From positions 1 to 56,756 of IMG/VR virus record IMGVR_UViG_3300044730_000684: a stretch of 56,756 bases of DNA. One strand, 5' to 3'. How positions within the stretch are numbered: the stretch's first letter is position 1; every line of letters begins with the position of its first letter. This stretch comes from a virus. Lineage: Duplodnaviria > Caudoviricetes. This document shows, in pieces, positions 35,066-42,613 of the stretch. Both the position numbers and the translations under genes were made by a program. The notes beneath the pieces were generated by a model. It was not told the origin of the DNA. It searched no databases and saw nothing but the letters and a program-made list of their open reading frames with translations.

Positions 35066-35253
35066 TGTTCGGTTTCCTGTTCGTTGGTTTCGGATTCTTC
35101 TATCGGTTCAATTTCGATGCCCTCGCAATACGGGCAAACATTTCCTTCAAATAACGTCACCCACTCTCGACCAATTCCGTAGTCGATCATCTCCCGCTCG
35201 ACAATGTATTGCGGCTCGTCGAACGTCTCTTTACATCTTTTGCATTGGTACAT
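35062..35253 (-). CDS. Zinc-ribbon protein
   Basis: MYQCKRCKETFDEP...CPYC. Confidence 0.7.
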   Translation of the reverse strand: MYQCKRCKETFDEPQYIVEREMIDYGIGREWVTLFEGNVCPYCEGIEIEPIEESETNEQETEQ

Positions 35254-35260
35254 GGCGCAC

Positions 35261-35722
35261 CTAAATCGCGCAGTCGAACGCTGCCGTTATGAGTTTGTAT
35301 TTCCATGCGGGCATATCAGACTCGTAATCGTGTCCGTTCTCCTCATCAAACCCGCCGCAGAAACCCATACCGGCCTCGAAATACACCGCTTCCACGCGCC
35401 AATCGGTTTCCTCATGCAAGTATTCGTATAGCGCAATCGGCGGCGACCATGCCGTATGAAAGCAAACGGTCAGCGTCTTTTCGTCCTCGTCGAGTTCGAT
35501 GCTCCAAGCCGTCATCGCGTCCCACTTGGTTCCCCACTTGCTACATCGCCAGTCGTACCATTCGGCTCCGTCAAGCAATTCGGGCGGGATCGGACGCAGA
35601 TAGTTGAACGGATCGCCTTTTTCCCCGTCGTTGTGTACGCGATCAAACTCCTCCCGCAGCCTCTTTAATTTGTCCAAGTCGGGATTCGTGAAGGTCGCTT
35701 TGTTTTGGCAGTAATTCGGCAT
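35261..35722 (-). CDS. DUF1281/YubB-like ferredoxin-fold protein
   Basis: MPNYCQN, WYDWR...WGTKWD, F.TAWSPP, Y.E.GMGFCG. Confidence 0.8.
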   Translation of the reverse strand: MPNYCQNKATFTNPDLDKLKRLREEFDRVHNDGEKGDPFNYLRPIPPELLDGAEWYDWRCSKWGTKWDAMTAWSIELDEDEKTLTVCFHTAWSPPIALYEYLHEETDWRVEAVYFEAGMGFCGGFDEENGHDYESDMPAWKYKLITAAFDCAI

Positions 35723-35727
35723 CGTCG

Positions 35728-35847
35728 TTACTCCTTCGAGTTTTGTTGTGTATCGTCCAAACAAGAATCGCCATCGCATGGCTCAACAAGCGCAGCGAAC
35801 AGATAGATCAGCACAATCGCAGCGATTAGCCAGTAGGGGCGTTTCAT
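35728..35847 (-). CDS. Small membrane peptide, 39 aa
   Basis: MKRPYWLIAAIVLIYLFAALVEPCDGDSC...; ATGA coupling. Confidence 0.55.
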   Translation of the reverse strand: MKRPYWLIAAIVLIYLFAALVEPCDGDSCLDDTQQNSKE

Positions 35848-36020
35848 GTTCTTACCTTTTTAAGATCGTGAAGATAGGTTTGTTCAACACTTGTGTGCTT
35901 TTGTCTTTTGTAAAGATCAAACCCTTCTTCGGCTTGCCATTTCGCATCGTCAAAATCTATCGCCTCGACCTTGAAGGTTTGAAGCACAACAGCGCAAACG
36001 GTGACTTCGTAGGTGTTCAT
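35844..36020 (-). CDS. Small early protein, 58 aa
   Basis: MNTYEVTVCAVVLQTFKVEAIDFDDAK...; coupled at both ends. Confidence 0.6.
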   Translation of the reverse strand: MNTYEVTVCAVVLQTFKVEAIDFDDAKWQAEEGFDLYKRQKHTSVEQTYLHDLKKVRT

Positions 36021-36193
36021 TGGTGTTCCCCATTTTTCGTTAATTCGTCATGGCAAGCCTCGCAATAAAAAGCCTTGAACGGCTCACCCTCTAGGTCGGC
36101 ATAACACTTGTTCTCTGGCTCCCACTTGTCGCAGCGAACGCAGAGAACATTCCATGGGGGCGTCGAATACTGTTTGAGTCGTTGCAGATTCAT
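36017..36193 (-). CDS. Small zinc-finger protein, 58 aa
   Basis: CVRC...CEAC; coupled at both ends. Confidence 0.6.
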   Translation of the reverse strand: MNLQRLKQYSTPPWNVLCVRCDKWEPENKCYADLEGEPFKAFYCEACHDELTKNGEHQ

Positions 36194-36438
36194 GCTCGTA
36201 CTCCCGTTGCTTTATTTAGCGCAGCCCGATAGCGGTCAAAGTCCATGGCGTACAGATCGCCGTCAGCGTCCAGAATGTCTTTAACGCACTCTAGTAAGTC
36301 GGGCGCAGCCGCTATCAGTAGCGCATGGTTCTCGCTGCTTAGTCCCTTGGCTACGGTACTCAAAGAGCGCGTCGAAATAACGTCATAAGTCGGGGGCGTA
36401 CCCACCCCGTGAAAGTGTTTGAATACTGACCAGTTCAT
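36190..36438 (-). CDS. Early protein (LIAAAPDLL family)
   Basis: ALLIAAAPDLLE...RAALNKATG motif; ATGA-coupled start. Confidence 0.7.
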   Translation of the reverse strand: MNWSVFKHFHGVGTPPTYDVISTRSLSTVAKGLSSENHALLIAAAPDLLECVKDILDADGDLYAMDFDRYRAALNKATGVRA

Positions 36439-36938
36439 GCTACGGCTCCCAAAGCAGCCGACACTTGATGCGCCTTCATGCGGAACGGTTGCCCATCCGA
36501 CACGCGAGTTACCATCCATCCTCGACGTTTGCCTTGCGCTCTCCCGTTCAAAATGTAATCAGTCCCGCCGTAGTTCACGCGCATCCCCGCAATCGGTTTC
36601 GGCTTGGATGCTTTCTTCTTCCAGTATTCCCGCACCGCCTCGCGCCATCTGGCAGCACTATCGTTCAGCGGCTCCGTCGCCGTATCAATCAGTCGCAGGG
36701 GGCAGTCGTAGAAATAGGGGTGCATGGTTTCGTCCATGTCTTTATATCCCCACCGCCCATTAGACTTGCCAAGCAGAAACAGACCGATTAGTCGCTTGCC
36801 TTCTGGCGTTTCAAATTGCGCCCAGAGATGATTTCCCCGTAGGGAATGGTCAGTCATCTTCGCAACTTCAAACTGGCGGGGATCAGTCAAATGCTCAACG
36901 AGTGCCTCCTTCGAGGGCTTGAAAAACAACCAACCCAT
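36435..36938 (-). CDS. DUF6927-like protein
   Basis: MGW start, WGYKDMDETMHP...DCP, A..WR; AGGAG RBS. Confidence 0.72.
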   Translation of the reverse strand: MGWLFFKPSKEALVEHLTDPRQFEVAKMTDHSLRGNHLWAQFETPEGKRLIGLFLLGKSNGRWGYKDMDETMHPYFYDCPLRLIDTATEPLNDSAARWREAVREYWKKKASKPKPIAGMRVNYGGTDYILNGRAQGKRRGWMVTRVSDGQPFRMKAHQVSAALGAVA

Positions 36939-36990
36939 TTCGTGTTCTCCTGTTCTGTAGTTCACGGTTCAAGTTCAGTCGTCGGGAATC

Positions 36991-37019
36991 CTTTTACACA
37001 AGCCGTTTGTGCTTGTCAA
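36991..37019 (-). promoter_or_regulatory. Early sigma70 promoter with operator in the spacer
   Basis: TTGACA-17-TAAAAG; CACAAGCCGTTTGTG at 36997-37011. Confidence 0.7.
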
Positions 37020-37027
37020 CTACCCGT

Positions 37028-37056
37028 AAGAAAAGGCGGGTTGGCAGTCCCCGCCT
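37028..37056 (-). terminator. Intrinsic terminator
   Basis: AGGCGGG/CCCGCCT stem then TTTCTT on the - strand. Confidence 0.7.
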
Positions 37057-37062
37057 CCATGT

Positions 37063-37458
37063 TTAGGCCGCTTCGGTTTTCTGCGACTCAGCGATGTCAC
37101 TTAGGGCTTTTTCAATCCACTCCTCACAGGTTTCGTGCGAGTCGTTGATGTCGCCCTTTTTCATCGGGGTGATGCTCTTGGGGGTCACGGTAAACAATCC
37201 GATAGGGGTCGGTATCGCATCGTTCTCCCAATAGATTGCACCACCCGCGCCGCAGTAGATCGAACCATTCTTGCCATACATACACATAACGGGAACTTTC
37301 TTTTTATCGCCTTCACCGTAACGGCTATAACCATGTTCGTCGGCAGCGTTTCGGATTGCGGTCAAGGGGTCGGTTGCCTTTGCCCATGAGCCGTAAGAAC
37401 CAAGAGTCACCGCCAAGAACGTATAGCCGTTCGACAAGACATGATCGTGCTTCGTCAT
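37063..37458 (-). CDS. Hypothetical early protein (monocistronic)
   Basis: AGGAG RBS, own promoter and terminator. Confidence 0.75.
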   Translation of the reverse strand: MTKHDHVLSNGYTFLAVTLGSYGSWAKATDPLTAIRNAADEHGYSRYGEGDKKKVPVMCMYGKNGSIYCGAGGAIYWENDAIPTPIGLFTVTPKSITPMKKGDINDSHETCEEWIEKALSDIAESQKTEAA

Positions 37459-37520
37459 GCGCTATCTCCTACAGGTAAGTTGTTATAGAACGCGACGACC
37501 GCTTGGATCGCCGTATAATA

Positions 37521-37549
37521 ATTATGACACAAGCCGCTTGAGCAATCAA
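37521..37549 (-). promoter_or_regulatory. Early sigma70 promoter with operator in the spacer
   Basis: TTGATT-17-CATAAT; CACAAGCCGCTTGAG at 37528-37542. Confidence 0.7.
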
Positions 37550-37649
37550 GTCAAGTTGTGCAAAGTTTTGTTAAGATTTGTTAAGACGAGTGTTGTATTT
37601 GTGCAACAAGTGTTGTTGAGAAACAACGCAGCCAAGGGGGATTAGTTCA

Positions 37650-37935
37650 TGTTTTTAGGAAAGAAATACTCTCCCCAAGATCAATTCGTCGCCGGTAAGT
37701 TATTGTCTAGTAAGGTCGAATTGGCAATTTTGCATCGGTTTTGAATTTGTTTATTTCTTTCCTAGAGAGATAGAGATAGAGAAACAGAAAAGAGATAAAA
37801 GAAAGGTATAAGAGAAAGAAATAAATATATATATTATTTATATATCTATCTATATTCTCTTTTGTCTATCAACGACTTACGAGTGAGGCAATTTTGGTGC
37901 AGTCGTAATTAGTTCGTATTATTTCGTAATCGCAG
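37650..37935. other. AT-rich non-coding region (candidate replication origin or packaging-control region)
   Basis: Purine tract, then AT run, then pyrimidine tract; TAGGAAAGAAATA inverted repeat at 37656-68 and 37752-64; IHF consensus at 37867-79. Confidence 0.5.
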
Positions 37936-38015
37936 GGTTACAGGATTGCTCGGGCAGAGATCGGGCTATATACTTAGACCTACGGCAACGGGCTAAACCA
38001 TGGGAGCGCGTAAAC

Positions 38016-38558
38016 GTGACAGAGAAGCCGCACAAGGCAACGAACGAGCAGGGCAGCGGGGTAGGTACAGGGGTAGTCGAGAAAGCCGCTCAGAGCGTCC
38101 CATTCGGCTCGAATGGTGTTGTAGTGGAGCAGAACAGTAGGTCGGTAATCCATAAAAGACCAGACAATAGGCAGCACCCAGATGCCTCAGTCGCCCAGAC
38201 AGTCGCCCAGATGGTGTTCGCGGGGATGCCTCAAGAGACAATCGCCCGTGTCCTCAAGGTATCGCTCGACACGCTCCACACTCACTACAAGCATGAACTC
38301 GACACGGGACAGGCAAGCATGGTCAACGATATCGCCCAGTCTCTCGCGCAACGTGCTAAAGCCGGTTCCGATACCGCCGCTATATTCCTACTCAAGACCA
38401 GGGGAGCCGGTAAGTTTACGGAACGTAATGGGGTGGAACTAACGGGCAAGGATGGCGGCCCTATTGAAATCGCGCAACGGACTGAAATCCTGCAAACGGT
38501 CAACGGACTACTGAGCAAGGGGATCACGATCGACGGGGAATCGGAGCCGCTCGACTAA
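38016..38558 (+). CDS. terS: Terminase small subunit
   Basis: HTH G.PQE.IA..L.VS..TL..HY..EL..G, AAIF.LKTR, ELTGKDGGPIE tail. Confidence 0.8.
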   Translation: MTEKPHKATNEQGSGVGTGVVEKAAQSVPFGSNGVVVEQNSRSVIHKRPDNRQHPDASVAQTVAQMVFAGMPQETIARVLKVSLDTLHTHYKHELDTGQASMVNDIAQSLAQRAKAGSDTAAIFLLKTRGAGKFTERNGVELTGKDGGPIEIAQRTEILQTVNGLLSKGITIDGESEPLD

Positions 38559-38563
38559 CGCGC

Positions 38564-38591
38564 AAAAAAAAGGGGAGCAAACGCCCCCCCT
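38564..38591 (-). terminator. Intrinsic terminator after ardC
   Basis: GC stem followed by a T8 run on the - strand. Confidence 0.7.
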
Positions 38592-38617
38592 ATAGTGTCT
38601 CGAATTGTGGCGGCTCG

Positions 38618-39517
38618 TTATGCGGCTTCGGCGGCTTCTTCGGCGGCTTCTTGCTTGCCGGTCAATAGTTCGGCGGCTTCACGCGCTAGGCTCGCGGCTT
38701 TGAAAATTGCTTTCTTATCTTGCTTCAATACCGCTAACCAATTGTTAAGGTACTGAGCATGATCTACACGCGGTTCATTCGATATCCCTAGCGACGCGCA
38801 ACAAAAAGCCGCGCCTAATTCCGCGACCAATTCCTCAAAAGCATAGGCATGGGTTCCAAAGCCGTTCAAAAGTTTTCGGTCTAATCGTGACTCATGGCCC
38901 GTCCAATGCACTAACTCATGTGCCAATGTGGAGTAGTAACATTCCGTCGCGGTACTGGTCGCCGTTGCCGTGAATAGTGATTTCTCTGGCAAGTGTATCG
39001 AATCGAGAAGGGGAGCATAATAGGCGCGTTGCTCGAAAGAATGACGGATATTCGCGCCAGTATTTCGCGCCCATGCTTCGACACGCTCTAGCGTTTCAAC
39101 GTCGTTTTTATTGTCATCGGTGACAATGCTTCGGCATTTTTCGGCGAGTGGCCCTTCTACCTGATCGGCATTAAATACGTTGAAATACTTAAGCATGGGA
39201 AAAACACTTTTCTTCCCCGTTTGCTTGTCTTCTTTTTCTAACTTAGTAAAAAAGACAACGATAGAAGACTTTTCCCCTTTCTTTACTGAACAACCGGCGG
39301 CTTGCCATTGTTTAAAAGAAGCAAACGCGCATGACTCAAAAGGCGTGAAATTTAAGAGTAGGCTATTGATGCCACGATAGTTTCGAGCCGTTGTCGCATT
39401 GTATGGGCGTAGCGCGTTTCGTTTCTTGTTGAATGGGTTAGTCCACTTGTTGCCAGATGATTCCATCTGAGAAATCACTTTATCGGTGACGGATTGGTAT
39501 AAATCGAATGAGGCCAT
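38618..39517 (-). CDS. ardC: ArdC-like antirestriction protein (ssDNA-binding plus zincin-like domain)
   Basis: YQ.VTD.VI, N..T.R.YRGIN, FKQW...G..VKKGEK, FNVFNADQ, YYSTLAHELVHWTG, YAFEELVAELGAAF, Y...WL..LK.D. Confidence 0.92.
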   Translation of the reverse strand: MASFDLYQSVTDKVISQMESSGNKWTNPFNKKRNALRPYNATTARNYRGINSLLLNFTPFESCAFASFKQWQAAGCSVKKGEKSSIVVFFTKLEKEDKQTGKKSVFPMLKYFNVFNADQVEGPLAEKCRSIVTDDNKNDVETLERVEAWARNTGANIRHSFEQRAYYAPLLDSIHLPEKSLFTATATSTATECYYSTLAHELVHWTGHESRLDRKLLNGFGTHAYAFEELVAELGAAFCCASLGISNEPRVDHAQYLNNWLAVLKQDKKAIFKAASLAREAAELLTGKQEAAEEAAEAA

Positions 39518-39534
39518 GATGCTATTCCCCTCTA

Positions 39535-39675
39535 TTATTTGTTGATCGCGTAAACGCAAAAAATCCAGAATGTTACGAAAAGAAAGCAATTAAGCCGAAA
39601 AAGTAAATCGTCCATTTTTTTGCTCATAAGAAAGTAATTAAGCCGAAAAAGAAAAGTGTTTAATTTCTTGCTCAT
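39535..39675 (-). CDS. 46-aa hydrophobic peptide with an internal 16-aa duplication
   Basis: MSKKLNTFLFRLNYFL-MSKKMDDLLFRLNCFL-FVTFWIFCVYAINK; AGGGGA RBS. Confidence 0.6.
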   Translation of the reverse strand: MSKKLNTFLFRLNYFLMSKKMDDLLFRLNCFLFVTFWIFCVYAINK

Positions 39676-39709
39676 GTTTCTATCCCCTAGTGAGTTATCG
39701 GTCGCGGAT

Positions 39710-39739
39710 ATAATGAGCGCAAGCCGGTTGTGCTGTCAA
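39710..39739 (-). promoter_or_regulatory. Sigma70 promoter of the ardC unit with operator in the spacer
   Basis: TTGACA-18-CATTAT; CGCAAGCCGGTTGTG at 39718-39732. Confidence 0.65.
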
Positions 39740-40052
39740 CAAAAAAGATATGTTCCTATAACGCTATGCAATTTTGACAAGTATTTCGTTGCGGATTGTG
39801 GCGCGTGTATCGTTGTCAATTGTGGAATGAGTGCGATTCGCGTTTGCAAAATAGTTGCATAAGGTTCCCCTAGTCGATCGAAATGAGACGTATTCGCATT
39901 ATCGGTGGGTGGTACGGCACGAAAAACGACGGCGGGGTTACGGGTCCCATCTGCCTATTCACACTCCGCCCCCGCTTGCACTTTTTGAAAGCACTACCCC
40001 CTTGCGCACAAAAGTGTTAGGGTCCCATCTGAGTATCTGGCACGGTGCGCGT

Positions 40053-40134
40053 GCAGCGACTAGACCGGCAGCGGGACTAGCACACAGGCTCCACGGTTGT
40101 TGGAGATCGCTGCTTTCCGGCAGGATGATCCTGC
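40053..40134 (+). ncRNA. Candidate structured RNA (three-way junction plus hairpin)
   Basis: GCAGCGA/TCGCTGC encloses CTAG../..CTAG and CTCCA/TGGAG stems; GCAGGA/TCCTGC follows. Confidence 0.3.
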
Positions 40135-40161
40135 ATACTCAATAGGCAACGAAGGACCCCA

Positions 40162-40722
40162 ATGCTTTACACAGGTGCTGCTCCATTACCCCGCCACACG
40201 TATGCGTATGTTGAACCAAATGCGTTAGGGACCCATGACTGGTTGCGGGTAGCGTGGTTTGGCATCGTGAGTCATCCGGGTCGCACTTGGGGATGCCATG
40301 TGATGTTGGAGTGTGGGGCGGTATATAGAAACGTGCCGTTGCACAAGATGGCGAATTTACCTACTCAAACACGCTGGGACCCCGCCGACGCACAGACTTG
40401 GGATTGCTACGGGATTCACTTTAGCGTGCTGGAGTATCCGTTTCTTGAAGGGACCCGTATCAGGACTCGGCTACGGTCTAAGCTGGAATGCACGGGCAAT
40501 TACTTGTTTACGGCAATTCCGATGTTGGATGGGTTTAGCCTAGAGCCGGAGCAGAGCAAGGAGTTTTACTTCATCAAACTGGACAACGGGCGTTTTACAG
40601 CGCAACCTACGAATCATTTGTTGGTCCAAGACAAGTCGTTCATTACTGACTCAAACTGGCCCAAGTTAAAGCGTCAAACTGATGTATGGAGTGTTGACCA
40701 TGGCAACAAAATCGAAAGTTAA
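40162..40722 (+). CDS. Conserved hypothetical phage protein
   Basis: GAVYRNVP.H, Q.WDC, I.LDNGRF.AQP.N pattern seen in aquatic podoviruses. Confidence 0.75.
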   Translation: MLYTGAAPLPRHTYAYVEPNALGTHDWLRVAWFGIVSHPGRTWGCHVMLECGAVYRNVPLHKMANLPTQTRWDPADAQTWDCYGIHFSVLEYPFLEGTRIRTRLRSKLECTGNYLFTAIPMLDGFSLEPEQSKEFYFIKLDNGRFTAQPTNHLLVQDKSFITDSNWPKLKRQTDVWSVDHGNKIES

Positions 40723-40882
40723 CGCAGCGGGCAATTACACGAAACCCGAGATGCGCAAGAAGCTGTTTAATCAGATCAAGGCATCGGCCACCCAAGGCAC
40801 CGCAGCAGGACAATGGTCCGCGAGAAAAGCCCAGCTTTTAGCCAAGCGCTATAAAGAAAAGGGCGGCGGATACAGGGATTAA
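40700..40882 (+). CDS. Small basic protein (GQWSARKAQ family)
   Basis: NYTKPEMRK...GQWSARKAQLLAKRYKEKGGGY. Confidence 0.75.
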   Translation: MATKSKVNAAGNYTKPEMRKKLFNQIKASATQGTAAGQWSARKAQLLAKRYKEKGGGYRD

Positions 40883-40885
40883 GTT

Positions 40886-41119
40886 ATGCGTGCACCTCAG
40901 AAATCTTTGAAGGACTGGACCGCGCAAGAGTGGCGCACCAAGTCGGGCAAGCCCTCGTCTAAGACTGGCGAGCGTTATCTGCCTAAAGCTGCGATTGAGT
41001 CGCTTTCTCCGCAGGAATACGCGGCTACGACGCGAGCGAAGCGTGAAGGCAAGGCGAAGGGCCAGCAGTTTGTGAAGCAGCCTTCCAAGATAGCGAAGAA
41101 GACTGCGCGATATCGTTAA
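40886..41119 (+). CDS. Small basic protein, DUF5872-like
   Basis: QKSLKDWT.QEW.T...ERYLP..A...LS..E...T..K. Confidence 0.72.
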   Translation: MRAPQKSLKDWTAQEWRTKSGKPSSKTGERYLPKAAIESLSPQEYAATTRAKREGKAKGQQFVKQPSKIAKKTARYR

Positions 41120-41122
41120 TTT

Positions 41123-42613
41123 ATGTCTGCTCCCGCTCAAGGGAACCCTCCGCCGTTAGATCTCAACGATCCGCTGATCAAGGAGCTGAACAAGCTCCCG
41201 ACAGAGGATTTGCTGGCATACAAGAGTCGGCTGGAGTGGGCGCATAAAAGGCACAAGCACCAGAAGCCGCCGAAAGGTGAGTGGACGGTGTGGTTGATGT
41301 TGGCGGGTCGTGGCGCGGGTAAGACGAGGGCCGCAGCTGAGTGGGTGTGGTGGCAAGCGTACAAAGTGCCGGAAACGCGCTGGTTGGTGTGTGCGCCAAC
41401 GTCTGCGGACATTCGTGATACGTGTTTTGAGGGTGATTCGGGGTTGATTCAGGTCATACCCGAGCAAGTGGTGTCGGAATACAACCGATCGCTATCGGAA
41501 ATCATTCTCAAGAATGGGAGTCTCATCAAAGGCATCTCGGCAGAAACGCCCGATCGGCTTCGCGGTGGCCAGTGGCATGGCGCGTGGTGTGATGAGTTGG
41601 CGGCGTGGCAGTACGATCAAGAGGCGTGGGACATGATTATGTTTGCGCTGCGCCTCGGAAAGCATCCACGCATAGTTGCCACCACTACCCCTAAACCTAA
41701 AGCTCTTATCAGGGACTTAGTTGAGCGCGACGGAGCGGATGTACACGTTACGCGGGCTTCGACTTACGAAAATATCGCCAATTTGGCTCCGACTTTTCAG
41801 GCCCAGCTGCTGAAATTTGAGGGCACGACGCTTGGGCGTCAGGAAATTCACGCCGAAGTGCTCAATCCCGAAGAGCAGGGGATCATTAAGCGCAATCAAG
41901 TTCAGCTTTGGCCAGCCAAAAAGCCGCTTCCGAGGCTGGAACACATTGTGATGAGCTTGGATACGGCCTTCACGGAGCAGACGCGAGACAAGAAAACGTC
42001 GGATTCGGACCCGAGCGCGTGTGTGGTGCTCGGTTTATTCCACGAAGATGACAAGCCGAACATCATTTTGCTCGATTGTTGGGAAGATCGGCTGGGGATG
42101 CCGGATTTGATCAAGCGGGTGAAGCGGGAGATGGAGGTTTTCTACGGCGACGACGAGCAAAAGCCGATGATTAAGCCGAAGTTTGGCCCATCGCGGATGA
42201 TTAATACGGGAAGAAAGCCCGATACGATCGTCATTGAGGACAAAGGCAGCGGAATTAGCTTGAGACAGATGCTGGCTCGCGAGGGAATCATTGCTCACGC
42301 CTACAATCCGGGAAAAGCGAGCAAATTGACGCGATTGCACATGGTTTCTCACTTATTTGCTGCCGGGATGGTGTGGTTTGTGGAGTCGGAGAAGCGAAAA
42401 GGGCAGATTCGCTCGTGGGCGGAGCCGCTTTTGTACCAGCTGTGTTCGTTTTCGGGTGAGGGAACGATCAAGCACGACGATTTGATGGATGCGTGCACGC
42501 AAGGTTTACGTTTTCTAGCGGACAGGGATATGATAAGCGTGAGTAAGCCTAAGCCGTTGCAGCCGAGGCTCATTGTGAACGAGCGCCCGAGGGGAAATCC
42601 GTATGGCATCTAA
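41123..42613 (+). CDS. terL: Terminase large subunit
   Basis: AGRGAGKT Walker A, LRG, WCDE Walker B, TTTP, SLDTA, IEDKGSG, HDDLMDA nuclease motifs. Confidence 0.95.
   Translation: MSAPAQGNPPPLDLNDPLIKELNKLPTEDLLAYKSRLEWAHKRHKHQKPPKGEWTVWLMLAGRGAGKTRAAAEWVWWQAYKVPETRWLVCAPTSADIRDTCFEGDSGLIQVIPEQVVSEYNRSLSEIILKNGSLIKGISAETPDRLRGGQWHGAWCDELAAWQYDQEAWDMIMFALRLGKHPRIVATTTPKPKALIRDLVERDGADVHVTRASTYENIANLAPTFQAQLLKFEGTTLGRQEIHAEVLNPEEQGIIKRNQVQLWPAKKPLPRLEHIVMSLDTAFTEQTRDKKTSDSDPSACVVLGLFHEDDKPNIILLDCWEDRLGMPDLIKRVKREMEVFYGDDEQKPMIKPKFGPSRMINTGRKPDTIVIEDKGSGISLRQMLAREGIIAHAYNPGKASKLTRLHMVSHLFAAGMVWFVESEKRKGQIRSWAEPLLYQLCSFSGEGTIKHDDLMDACTQGLRFLADRDMISVSKPKPLQPRLIVNERPRGNPYGI

Noticed and set aside
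37460-40160. tRNA genes in the non-coding gaps
   Set aside because: No cloverleaf with a GTTCRA T-loop found by eye; tRNAscan-SE or ARAGORN would settle it
40880-40882. Stop-codon reassignment
   Set aside because: All large genes are intact in the standard code, and TAA, TAG and TGA all end genes
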